Source: Octopus sinensis
Taxonomy: Eukaryota
Reading direction: 5' to 3'
Assembly (NCBI RefSeq): GCF_006345805.1
Contig: NC_042997.1
Coordinates: 67,270,001-67,334,000 of the forward strand
Length of the DNA stretch: 64,000 nt
Under the pieces are notes generated by a model. It made no database searches, was not told the DNA's origin, and saw only the letters and a list, made by a program, of their open reading frames with translations. How positions within the stretch are numbered: position 1 is the stretch's first letter; every line of letters begins with the position of its first letter. Both the position numbers and the translations under genes were made by a program. Below, piece after piece: positions 50,301 through 62,474 of the stretch.

Positions 50301-51373
50301 CCCTTTCGTTACTATATTTCTGACCAAAATACACCCCTTATGTGTTTCAATTAATTTCTAACGTAATCATAAATTTAGTCTGATTTCATTAAACAACTAT
50401 AACTTTTTTATTTATCAATATATTTATGTGAATTTTGGAAGATAATTTAATGAAATGTTCTCAACCAATTCTATACTATAATTTTTGTCACAAAGTGACT
50501 CTAATTGCAGGTAGATACAGGTAAATTCAACAATATATAAAATTATTAAAATTTTGTTCAAACATCGCTATAGAAAATGGGTTATTAGCTAATATTCAAT
50601 TGGGTATACAACAAAATTTTACGATAGAATTTGTTATTCTGGGTAACTTTCTGATACCCATAATATTTATGGCAAAATAGGCCTTAATTTCATTTAAGGT
50701 TGTGGGAAACCACTAACTATCCTTTCTTTCGCTTTGTTTACGTTTAGCGTAACAGTTCGTTTCCGCCGTAATGATTTCAAATGGGCTCATTCGAAAAAGT
50801 AAAAAGAAATAGTCTAAGGCTTTACTCTTCTGGGAAAGTCTGTGGCTTGGTCCAGTTTCTTCAGAAAAATCACTGAAAGAAACAGTTTTTAAATTTTCAC
50901 TCCATTCAGGTGCCAATTCATTTTCTTTATCGTTGTCGGAGCTCTCAGATTCACTGTTTTCACTTTTGGAAAATGAAACATCAGATTCATTATCAAATAC
51001 TACATGCTTTTTTTTTTCAGTCATAGAGTTAGATTTATGAAGGTCTTCAGTAGAAAATCCTTCGAATTCTGACTCGCTGCTTGATATAATGAAATTCGTA
51101 TCAATTTTTTGTCAGAATTACAAATTTTGAAAACACAATAGGAACAAATTTCGTAAAAAAATCTCCCATAATTCACGGAATTAAAATTACACTTCGATTT
51201 TTGTACAAAACTGTAGTTGAACTGTTTACGAAGTATAATACGTGTTTTCACGAATGTACTAAAGAGATTTACTCTGATATTCTCATTTAAATATGAATAG
51301 GTAAATTCGGGCAGTTTGGGGCGGCTTGGTCACATTAACCAAAATTTTTTCGGGCGGTTTGGTAACGAAAGGG
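50301..51373 (-). mobile_element. Non-autonomous piggyBac element, copy 1 (carries a transposase N-terminal fragment)
   Basis: TTAA TSDs at 50297-50300 and 51374-51377; TIRs CCCTTTCGTTAC / GTAACGAAAGGG. Encodes WSENLK..DFSEETGP...LDYFFLLF...ETN.YA...W.PTTLNEIKA (PGBD/DDE_Tnp_1_7-like). Confidence 0.92.
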
Positions 51374-52032
51374 TTAAAGAATGGATAAAAAAAAAAAAAA
51401 AAACATGCTCAATCCATTTGTTTTAAGATCTCCCCCACCTCTCTCTCTCTCTCATATGTTGTAAGATTCTCAACACACACAGTCTACATTACAAACAGTC
51501 TCTTTTTCTTTTTGCAATAGAAAATGTAGAAAGTGATGGGAAAGTATAAATTGCAAAAAAAGAACAACCAAATTATTTATCACCCATCATCTCTGTATGT
51601 ACTTTAGCTGCTATATTTTCTACTAACAACACTGATTAAGACACCAAAATAACAAACTAATATACTGCAGTTGCTGAGTCATCTGAGCTGTTTATAGCAT
51701 TCATTCTCTGAATTCAAAAATACAGGTGCATCTTGTTAGCCTGCCAGAAATCCCTCTACACATTTTAATGAATCTAGTAATTGCAATGCATATCAAATGG
51801 ATTATCTACTTAATCTTCTATATCAAACTTCTCAGTTATTCATATGAATTTGTGGTGTCTGTCACTAATTAGACTTTGGTATTGGGTATTCAGACCTTTG
51901 GGTATTCAAACAGTTAGGCCTTTGATTAAACCATTCTAATCTCTTTTAGAACATTTGGCTTCTCTTTTTTTTTCTTTTTTTGAAGCATTTGAAACAGATT
52001 TTGAAATAAAAAGGACGTTAACATATAAAAGT

Positions 52033-52210
52033 TCAAAAGGTCTTAAACTCCTGCATTATTGATTCAACAACAATAATGAATAGTAGGGGAGTGATTACAG
52101 AGCCCTGGTAAAAGGCTCTTACAAATGATGCATCTACACCCATTTTCCTTAACAGCCCAAAACTAAAGAATATAAGACAGACTCTTTTGAAGACCTTGTC
52201 CAGCACAGTA
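52033..52210 (-). mobile_element. Internally deleted RTE reverse-transcriptase fragment
   Basis: LDKVFKRV...LRKMGVD and QGSVITPLLFIIVVE. Confidence 0.7.
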
Positions 52211-52657
52211 GATGCATAGTGCAATTGTTATCAGTTTGCTTAGAATTTCACATGCGGTTGTTCCATCCAAAATATGACAACTGCCAATCCAGAAATAACA
52301 CTTGAGTGGGAAGTCAAACAGTATGCATTTATGTAAATCTAGTTTTGGTGACAGTAAGTGAAATGCATTGGACAGATCAATGACAATGGTTAAGACCAAC
52401 ATCAGAGTCACAAAATTATTGATTTTAAAAAATGACATGGGAAATTAGCAATAAACATAATGACTATCAAAACTGATGATGGTGACAGATGCAGCAACAG
52501 ACAACGACCATGACAGACCTAAGAATTGCAACAAAGCAAAACGAAGTAATGACAAAAACAAATATGGAGTTAATAATAAATATGACAACAATACAAATTG
52601 TGGCAAACTGGTTCAAGTGTATTTACACTGAGATGATAAAATTGCTGACATACTCAC

Positions 52658-53978
52658 CAGCTGATGATGACATAGCAGATGGCTGAGCTGTCGGAATGTG
52701 TTGCAGTGGCTGAGCCTGTGGATGGAGTTGAGGCTGGGCTTGTGGTTGGTGCTGTGGTGGGAGCTGGGGCTGGGCCTGTGGTGGGAGCTGGGGCTGAGCC
52801 TGTGGTGGGAGCTGGGGCTGAGCCTGTGGTGGGAGCTGGGGCTGAGCCTGTGGTGGGAGCTGGGGCTGAGCCTGTGGTGGGAGCTGGGGCTGGGCCTGTG
52901 GTGGGAGCTGGGGCTGGGCCTGTGGTGGGTGCTGGGCCTGCGGTGGGAGCTGGGGCTGGGCCTGTGGTGGAAGCTGGTGTTGGGCCTGTGGTGGGAGCTG
53001 GGGCTGGGCCTGTGGTTGGGGTGGAGGCTGAGGCTGCCCCTGAGGAGGATGATGTCCTGTGAAAGTAGGATGCTGTTGGCCATACTGTGATGTAGAACCA
53101 GGAGGATAGTTCATATGAGCAGGCTGCTGTGGCTGCTGAGGTTGAGACACATGTTGCAAGGGTACATTGCTCATATACTGACCAGATGGATGTCCACTTC
53201 CAGCTGCCAGCTTAGATGGTGATGCCCATGGCATAGGTTGATTCTGTCCAACAGCTGGGCTAGTTACACCATAGCTGCCAGCTGAATGAATGTAACTCAT
53301 TGAAGATGCAGCTGATGGATGCTGTTGGCTTGCATTAGGCATCTGGTACTGTGTGTGTGAAGGACTGTGTGTAGGATCCATATTTGGATTCCATCTTTGA
53401 GTTGGCACCTGACCTTGTGAAGCAGAAATAGGCTGGGCAGAAGGTATTTGGTAAGGGGCAACTCGGGTACTACTAGGGTATTGTTGCTGAGCAACCATTT
53501 GACCATAAACAGGCTGCTGTGTAGGTGGACCAGGCATGTGGCTTTGTTGATTGGGTGTGGTCCTCGAAGGAGAAGAATAACCTGGCTGTGATACAGAGAA
53601 CCTGTCACCATAAGGATGTTGCGATGGTGATTGTGAACTATAAATTTGTGGTTGTGGGTGAGTTGCAGCTGTGGATGGAGGCATAGAATAAGGAATCTGC
53701 TGTCTTTGGTGTTGTTCTGAAACATTTTGACAGTAAACCTGTTGATAGCTATATAGATCAGGATACATAGAATCAATATGGCCAGCTGGAGCTGCCTGAT
53801 AGTTTGTAGCAGGTATTTGCTGCTGGTTAGGATAGTGAACAAGATGAGCACTTTGAGGTAATGCACTGGGAACACTGGTACTAGCTGAGTACTGCTGAGA
53901 TTGCTGTACATCTTGAGAATGATAGTACTGTGGCCCACCAGCCTGAACTCTTGAAGTATTAGGAAAGTTTGCAGGATC
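52658..53978 (-). CDS. PTPN23: PTPN23 large His/Gln/Pro-rich exon
   Basis: 1321 bp, phase 0-1, ttttcag/gtgagt boundaries. Starts DPANFPNTSRV, upstream of the ORF-track ATG. Confidence 0.92.
52740..53035 (-). repeat. Coding 24-bp minisatellite, about 11 units, encoding (PPQAQPQL)n
   Basis: The + strand unit tgtggtgggagctggggctgagcc/gggcc is repeated in tandem. Confidence 0.95.
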
Positions 53979-56124
53979 CTGAAAACAAAAGCAATGAATA
54001 TCAAAATACCATATTTCATAATGTCGTTATTTTCGTGAAACATTAAATTGCAAATACTTTTTTATCACATAAAATTATACTATTTTATTACATTATATTA
54101 CTAATGTCACTAACAACTTATTACACTGAAATTCATGTTTCAAAGATCAAAAGAGATTGTGCATTCCTATACCATTTTAAAAAATATGTAAGAAATTGAG
54201 AGAAGAGCTTTTATTCTGAAAAAAATTATTTAGAATATTTACTCTATAAACAATTTATTAACAAAATCAATAAAGACACTGCAGTTTAAGATTAGCTACA
54301 AATATCCTTTTCAAAATTTCTACAAAATTAGAAGAGACTTTAAACCCTTTACTGTTTAAACCAACCAAGATTAAATTTTTTCCAAAACATTTATCAGCTT
54401 AAATAGAGTTTTCATTTAAATTCAGCTTCAAGATAGTTTACATAAATCTAATGGTGAAGCCAATTAAAGTCAAATATGTTTCATTAAAATTCTATAAACA
54501 TGATTACATAGACACAATCTGTTTCTGCCCTCCATTTTTCGTTTTTGTTGCTTTTACATATTTTACATCTGTTTTTACATGTCTGTACAGGGATTAGGAG
54601 TGGACAATAGACTTGGTTTAAGTTGTTTACAATTGCCGTTAGACGTTCTTCCTTTCACTGCAAAGCAGAAACAGACTATTGTGAAGGAGGCAATATAGAG
54701 CAATGTCCTGAGAATGCAATAAATGACTCATGATCATGTCATTCAACATGCATTTTCTTTTCTGACAAACTCATTTATTATAAGCTGCATTTGCTTTGCT
54801 GTTATTGTTGGTAGACACAAATTTGCTTTCTAGTCATTTTATTTATGCACTCAATACTCTTGGACTAGCATGAATATCACAACTCTTATTCCTTGTCCCC
54901 TGAAATCAACAGATGCAACCATATTCTCATATTGGAGTGTGGGAAATGAAACCATGAAAAGCCTAGCCAGTAGCTACAGGTTACACTAGTTTATCATAGT
55001 AAATATTTAACTGGGGTCTTTTTTGTGGTTTTTTTGTCAAGTACAGGTAAAAACTCATTCTTAATCTCAGTTTGGACCTAAACAAGCAAACCTAAACAGC
55101 TTTATGAATCTAGAACTATATGCAATGTGACCTTCAATTTTTTTTTTTTATAAAGTAAACTGCCATTGGAAGGAATCCGATTTCTATTTCTAATAGATTG
55201 AAGCTCCACTGAAAGCTTAGACCAACAACTGTCAAACTTATTTTGGTAAAACAAAAACAAAAAAACTTGTGATTTTTCAAGTCACAGATCCCATAATTTC
55301 ACACACAACTCCATCTACTTTTACTAAAACATTAAATAAAATTTTTCAGAGAAAAATTTTATTCATGTAAAAAATATAACTTATTACTTTGAAAATGGTG
55401 ATCAGCAAATTTTTATCAAATTTTATTTAAAAACATCTGATTTGAAGGAAACACAGACCTTTTTTCAAGGGACTCACTTTGAGAAACACCGATTTAAACT
55501 AACCCCTTCCCTTAAAACTGCTGGTTTTGTGCCTAGATTAGAAAATGATTATCATCAATAATTCATGTATCCAATGCCACTTCTACAGTATTCACTGCTG
55601 TCAAATGCCCTGTAACTTCTCTCCTTCGTTAAATAGGTTATCTACTTGGTGATAAGATTTGTCTTCTTTCAGTGATGCCTAAATAACTAAAACGTTTCTA
55701 AGTAGTGGTTATGTAAGTATGAGTGAAAAGCTACTACATTTGTGATGTATGCATAATAAAAACACATTTAGGTCTATGTAATCAAAATTTGAAAATATCT
55801 GTAAGAGTGCATTATACAGTTCACGTATGGGAAAGTGAGTACTGATTAATATTATTTCCCTTGTAATTAATTCCCACAATATTTCTTTTGATTACAGATT
55901 TATTTAGTATGTGACTACTTGAGTGTTTCTAAATGTAAGTATTGAGGATTTGAATATGGGAGATGTAATATTTTGTACTGTTGAAATTACTTGATTTAAA
56001 TAAGTGAATAAATAATTAGCTTGAATGTAAAGAAAGGTTGGTCTTTCAAAAATTGCCACTTGTAATAAAGTCCAACCTTAAAAGGGGGTTCTTTTTCAAC
56101 GAAATATTCTTAGCTGCTACACCC

Positions 56125-57225
56125 TAGCAGTTGAGGGAACCTGTGGAAGAGGTAGACCCAGGAAAACCTGGGACGAGGTGGTGAAGCACGACCTTCGAAC
56201 TTTAGGTCTCACCAAGGAAATGACTGAAGACCGAGTCCTATGGAAGTGTGCTGTGCATGAGAGGACCCGGCAGGACTAGTCAGGCCATATCCCGTGGCCC
56301 CTACCTGGGACGTAGTCGATCCACCTGTGCATACCTTCCTTCTTGTGACACTTGTGAAGACCTGCTGAGGCAAGTGAAAATCAATGCGGTGGGCACATGA
56401 CAAACACCATCCGATCGTGGCCGTTCGCCAGCCTCATCTAGCACCTGTGTCGGTGGCACATAAAAACACCATCCGAAGACCCGGCAAGACCAGTCAGGCC
56501 ATAACCCATGGCCCCTACCTGGGACGTAGTCAGTCCACCTGTGCATACCTTCCTTCTTGTGACACTTGTGAAGACCTGCTGAGGCAAGTGAAAATCAAAA
56601 CAAATCAAAATAGATGAACATCAATGGAATTTGTATCTTTGTGGTACCAGTGCCGGTGGCACGGGGCACATAAGAAAACCATCCGAACGTGGCCGTAGCC
56701 AGTACCGCATCGACTGGCCTCCGTGCTGTGGGCACGTAACAAGCACCATCCGATCGTGGCCGTTTGCCAGCCTCATCTGGCACCTGTGTCGGTGGCACAT
56801 AAAAACACCATCCGAGCGTGGCCGTCTGCCAGCCTCGTCTGGCACCTGTGTCGGTGGCACATAAAAACACCATCCGAGCGTGGCCGTCTGCCAGCCTCGT
56901 CTGGCACCTGTGTCGGTGGCACATAAAAACACCATCCGAGCGTGGCCGTCTGCCAGCCTCGTCTGGCACCTGTGTCGGTGGCACATAAAAAACACCATCC
57001 GAGCGTGGCCGTTTGCCAGCCTCGTCTGGCACCTGTGTCGGTGGCACATAAAATCACCCACTACACTCTCGGAGTGGTTGGCGTTAGGAAGGGCATCCAG
57101 CTGTAGAAACACTGCCAGATCTGACTGGACTGGTGCAGCTTTCGGGCTCCCCAGACCCCAGTTGAACCGTCCAACCCATGCTAGCATGGAAAGCGGACGT
57201 TAAATGATGATGATGATGATGATGT
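56125..57225 (+). mobile_element. Young-looking RTE-type LINE 3' end with a tandem-repeat 3' UTR
   Basis: AVEGTCGRGRPRKTWDEVVKHDLRTLGL ORF end; duplicated segment of about 125 bp (about 56270-56392 / 56480-56600); 62-bp repeats; tail acgttaaatgatgatgatga. Confidence 0.9.
56735..57050 (+). repeat. 62-bp minisatellite, about 5 units
   Basis: ggcacataaaaacaccatccgagcgtggccgtctgccagcctcgtctggcacctgtgtcggt starts at 56794, 56856, 56918 and 56980, with the next ggcacata at 57043. Confidence 0.95.
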
Positions 57226-57329
57226 TTGTTGTTACATGTCAAAGTGTCATCCCAGTTTGGAGTCCTCTTCATATTCAATGATATATGGTACAGTGTGCAG
57301 TTAAAATTGTTTTTAGTAATTAAAGTGAA

Positions 57330-57650
57330 GGCAAGTGGCTTAGTGGTTAGGGAATTCAGCTCATGACCATAAGGTTATGAGTTCAATTTCCAGCAACACA
57401 GTTTCCTTGAGCAAGACATTATTTCACATTGTTCCATTCCACTCAGCTGGCAAAAATGCATAGTACCCATATTTCAAAGGGCCAGCCTTGTCACATTCTG
57501 TGTCAAGCTGAATTTCCCCAAGATCTATGTTAAGGGTACACGTGTGTGTGGAGTGCTCAACCACTTGCACGTTAATTTCTTGAGCAAGCTGTTCTGTTGA
57601 TCAGATGAAGTGGAACCCCTCATCGTTGTAACCAATGGAGTGCCAGCAAG
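57330..57650 (+). mobile_element. SINE family C
   Basis: gtggcttagtggttagg...gagttcaatttcc...gtaaccaatggagtgcc. Confidence 0.85.
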
Positions 57651-57689
57651 TAAGTAATTAAAACAGTATTAGGTGGTATCTTATTTTTT

Positions 57690-58055
57690 ACTCATTTCAG
57701 TCATTTGATTGTGGCCATGCTGGGGCACTGCCTTGAAGGGTTTTTATTTTTTTAAAGTCAAACAAATCGACCCCAGGACTTATTTTTTTAAAGCCTAGTA
57801 CTTTTTCTATTGGTTTCTTTTGCCAAACCACTAAGTTACAGGGATATAAACACACCAATACCAGTTATCAAGAGGTGGTGGGAAACACACATTACACACA
57901 CAGGCTTTTTTCAGTTTTCATCTGCCAAATCCATTCAAGGCTTTGGTTGACCCGGGGCTATAGTAAAAGATGCTTGCCCAAGGTTCCAAGTGGTGGGACT
58001 GAAACCAAAACCATGTGGTTAGTTGGGAAGCAAGCTTCTTACCACACAGCCACAC
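57690..58055 (-). mobile_element. SINE family B copy
   Basis: Reverse complement of the family B head and tail. Confidence 0.8.
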
Positions 58056-58636
58056 CTGGAGCTAGGTGGTAAATTTTTTCAAATTTTTCTGTAGTTGCCT
58101 ATGGCAAACAGTAAAGAGGAAACTTAAGAGAAACCTCCATAGATCCAATACTTCAAGTGGGTCAATTATATGAATGCCAGTTAAGATAAAACAAGCAATG
58201 ACTGAAAAAAAAAAAAAAAAAGAAAAGCTTCCTACCTCTTAGAAATTGCAGTCTTCCCTTTAATCCTACTTACACATTCATTTAATTATAGAAAGAATTC
58301 AAAATTTAAACAGTGATTTATAGCATTTAAAAAATAGCATATTTAATGATTAGAACAAAATAAAAAGATAAAAATCAAAATATTTTTTGAAATGGGGGCC
58401 ATTAAAAAAAGGAATCAAAATCTCTACTGGAGTTAAATAGGAAATATATAAATTCTATTTGTTCATTTCATTTGATTGTTTTTTAAATTATCTTCACATC
58501 AAAGATATCTTAATTTTTTAATTTTATTTTATTTGAATTTGAGTTTTTTTTTTTTTGCTCATGAGGTTTCCAAAAGGCACTTAAATATTTCAGTGGTTTT
58601 TATCTCTCAAGAGGAACTTATTAAGGAAGATCCTAC

Positions 58637-58999
58637 CTGCACATTTGCAGAGACACTGATTCCTTGCTGCCTGTTGAAAGTACTGTTAACTCCAGCAGTG
58701 CTAGGCAATACGTGGGAATAAGCCTGAACATCCATAGTCGGTGAAGCAATGGGTGTGGCCACAGCAGAAACGGTATTAGTGGTGTGTTGCTGACGTTGCT
58801 GTGGTGGTGGTAGGAGCTGTGGTTTGCATTGCCGAGACTCTTGTTGCTCTTGTGCCACATATGATGGACCTGTAAGTGGCAAAGTTCTACTCATTTCCAC
58901 AGGAGTACCAGAGGATGGTACTGATATGGCACCAGTATCTGCACTGCTAGGTATTTTAAAAGGAACTGCAGTCACAATAAACTGTTGAGTGTCAGCACT
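58637..58999 (-). CDS. PTPN23: PTPN23 exon (SADTQQF...SANVQ)
   Basis: 363 bp, phase 0-0. Confidence 0.88.
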
Positions 59000-59096
59000 C
59001 TGCAAGGGAAAGTAATGGAAAACAAAAGCTCATTTCCATCACAGTCAGACAAATCTAAAAAAGGGAGACATAACAAAATGCGAGTGGTAAACATAC

Positions 59097-59392
59097 CTGG
59101 GTGCCTTGAGATATAGATCCTCCCACACCAGCTGGAAGTGCACCACTGCTTCCTCCGTCTCCTTCATGATGCAAGACCACTGATGCTGCAGTTAAATCAG
59201 GTAAGCTGACAGAGCCATCAGGTGTTGATGAACCACTAGAGTGGCTATCTGTCTGGCCCTTAGCACCTTTGCCAAAAGTAGCTGGTTTCATATAAGGTAG
59301 GTAATCCTTAAGTTTGGGTCCTTCGAAACTTGGTAATGACGATTGTACATTGCTGCCAGGTTTGGGTGCTGCAGGTCTGGATGGGGTTGAAG
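59097..59392 (-). CDS. PTPN23: PTPN23 exon (TSTPSRPAAPKP...SQGTQ), start of the proline-rich region
   Basis: 296 bp, phase 1-0; SRPAAPKP corresponds to human PRPTAPKP. Confidence 0.92.
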
Positions 59393-60690
59393 CTGAAAAA
59401 TTTAACATATCACAATGAAAAACAAAAACTTTATAGATTCTTATTTGACATTAATCACCTTTCACTATATTAATTGCTCTCAAGAGGAGCAGCTAACTGT
59501 AAAATTAAAAATTCAACAATAAAACCTTGATACCAGCCTAGTATATATTTTAATGAATGGTTCATTAATGAAAACAAAAATCAAAACAGCTTTGGCTAAT
59601 GAATTATTTTCAAAATACCAAAATATGTCTTCATTTTTATTTCCACTTTTCCTAGCTGGTATAGGTTAAATGAAACATTCTGATGCAATCTTAAACCGTC
59701 TGATGCTACCAACCTTGTTTCAAAGGGAAGATATTTTTCCCCCTTCCACTAGTCTTCACACATCAAAAACAATGAAACTGCTAGACTATGAGATGTATTG
59801 TTTACAAGAGACAAACAAATATGACTGTTGCTTCAGTTACCTCCTCTCTCTGGAATTACTTTCTATTAACATCCTATTTTTCATTCTCACTCAACTTGTA
59901 CTCTAAATTCATTGCTGTACACATGGCTAACTCTAACCTTACTGACAGCACACTACATATGGGTAGTATGTTTCTGACAAGCTATTCATCTACTACTAGC
60001 TTCCCCGGAGACCTGCAGATTACAGAGTAAGGAATCCTGTCAAAGATTTTCTCCAGGTCATAAGTCAAATACTATGACATTCTTTTAGCTAAATACTTCT
60101 GCAGTTGTCTTACAAGGTAAAGGGCATCAGTGATATTTCTCTGTGGCACAAAATTGCATCTCCTCTACCATAATTTTGTTTCTAATTTGGCTATAACTGC
60201 ATAACTTTTATGACCTGGTCCAGCGATTTGATACCGCTGTAATTACATGTAAGGTATTTCCTTTACTCTTGCAGCAACTGACAATAATGCTAGTTATTTA
60301 AGTATGACATAATGAGCAATACATAAGAACCATGAGTAAAAGTGGTTTTTAGAGGAAATGACTGTAGTGAACAAGTGAGAACACTACTCTGATACAGACA
60401 TCAGATGTGTATAAAAGATGACAGCTGGGTAACAAGGTGCCAAATGATCCAACAGGAAGGAACCTGAAGAAGGGAAAGGCTGAAGAAAACAAAAGTTCGT
60501 TTAAGAGCTGACCCAGGATGCTGAACCTCAAGGAGATGACAAAGAATCACTACAACTGACAAAATAACACTGGAAAATCCATGCAAACCTAGAAACATGG
60601 ACATCTAATAATATAATAATTTTTGGATACAACAAATCACTCATGATAAGCTTCAAGTTGCATAGAAAGGATGGATAACAACATACTTAC

Positions 60691-60884
60691 TTTTAGAATT
60701 GTATTTATTTTTTATTTGGCCCCTTTCTTCTTCTTGCACTTGGCAGACACTCCGAGTTCGGCGAAGCATCTGCTCAATGCTGGACCCTAGTTTTGTATAA
60801 AACTCAAGACCTTTATGAGACTTTGCCAACAAATCTTCATAAACATCATAGCTATTCATCAGTTCTTTGATCAATGTTTCTCGT
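60691..60884 (-). CDS. PTPN23: PTPN23 exon: end of the V domain (RETLIKELMNSYDVYEDLLAKSHKGLEFY...)
   Basis: 194 bp, phase 2-1; resembles SYEAYEDLMKKSQEGRDFY of HD-PTP. Confidence 0.95.
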
Positions 60885-61393
60885 CTAAATCACATGAAAT
60901 AAAAAGTTTTTTAAATGGTTAATGCTATTTTGATGGAAAATGAGTTGGGTTGCTTTACATATTCAAATACTTATTCCTGAAAGTTCACTGAATATTTTCT
61001 ATACCTAATGTCTGCACTGACATGCACAATTAAGGTTGACCTTTCTCACCTCCTAGATATTAAGTAGAGCTATCTCAATAGTGCTGATCTTTTGTGTTCT
61101 GTCACTAAGTAGTAATCTTTGACATATGACATGATGACATCTAAGAATTTTCTTTTTGGGAGGGGGGGGTTTATCATAACACATTATTCAAAATTTCAAA
61201 GTTTTTAGCACATTTCTTCAGATTCAGCATTGAGAACCAATTTATCAGCACATAAAAATTCTCAAAAGATCTAATTTTGAACTCCTGCTTTTAGAAAAAA
61301 TATTTTAATATTAAAACTCATAGTTCTTTTTAATTAATTTTCAGATACATAGTACATATTAATAGGTTATAAAAATTGAAACATAACCCTTGA

Positions 61394-62474
61394 CCCTTTT
61401 GATACCAAACCGCCCAAAACCGCCCCAAAAAAATTTTGGTTAATGTGACCAAACCGCCCAAAGCCGCCCGAATTTACCTATTCATATTTAAATGAGAATA
61501 TCAGAGCAAATCTCTTTGGTACATTCGTGAAAACACGTATTATACTTCGTAAACAGTTCAACTACAGTTTTGTACAAAAATCAAAAGTGTAATTTTAATT
61601 CCGTGAATTTTGGGAGATTTTTTTACGAAATTTGTTCCTATTGTGTTTTCAAAATTTGTAATTCTGACAAAAAATGGATACGAATTTCATTATATCAAGC
61701 AGTGAGTCAGAAGGATTTTCTACTGAAGACCTTCATAAATCTAACTCTATGACTGTAAAAAAAAAGCACGTGGTATTTGATAATGAATCTGATGTTTCAT
61801 TTTCCAAAAGTGAAAACAGTGAATCCGAGAGCTCCGACAACGATAAAGAAAATGAATTGGCACCTGAATGGAGTGAAAATTTAAAAACTGTTTCTTTCGG
61901 TGATTTTTCTGAAGAAACTGGACCAAGTCACAGACTTTCCCAGAAGAGTAAAGCCTTAGACTATTTCTTTTTACTTTTTCGAATGAGCCTATTTGAAATT
62001 ATTACGGCGGAAACTAACCGTTACGCTAAACGTAAACAAAACGAAAGAAAGGATAGTTTGTGGTTTCCCATAACCTTAAATGAAATTAAGACTATTTTGC
62101 CATAAATATTATTATGGGTATCAGAAAGTTACCCAGAATAACAAATTCTATCGTAAAATTTTGTTGTATACCCAATTGAATATTAGCTAATAACCCATTT
62201 TCTATAGCGATGTTTGAACAAAATTTTAATAATTTTATATTTTGTTGAATTTACCTGTATCTACCTGCAATTAGAGTCACTTTGTGACAAAAATAATAGT
62301 ATAGAATTGGTTGAGAACATTTCATTAAATTAGCTTCCAAAATTCACATAAATATATTGATAAATAAAAAAGTTATAGTTGTTTAATGAAACCAGACTAA
62401 GTTTATGATTATGTTAGAAATTAATTGAAACACATAAGGTGTGTATTTTGGTCAGAAATATAGTAACGAAAGGG
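61394..62474 (+). mobile_element. Non-autonomous piggyBac element, copy 2 (inverted relative to copy 1)
   Basis: Right end GTAACGAAAGGG-TTAA (62463-62478); left end degenerate TTGA-CCCTTTTGATACC. The encoded peptide differs from copy 1 at only a few residues. Confidence 0.92.

Noticed and set aside
52613-53090. Repetitive ORFs (VVGAGAEP)n, (WWELGLSL)n and (HHRPSPSS)n
   Set aside because: Alternative frames or strand of the 24-bp coding repeat; only the PQ frame is phase-consistent with the flanking exons.
53297-54043. 248-aa minus-strand ORF overlapping the exon
   Set aside because: Off-frame reading of the PTPN23 exon that begins in intron sequence.
56735-57050. Regular 62-bp repeats resembling a CRISPR array
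   Set aside because: The units are contiguous with no unique spacers, lie in a eukaryotic LINE 3' UTR, and have no cas genes nearby.
50301-62474. Composite piggyBac transposon able to mobilise the enclosed exons
   Set aside because: Both outer ends are the same (3') terminus, whereas piggyBac normally needs one left and one right end; no intact transposase is present in the window.
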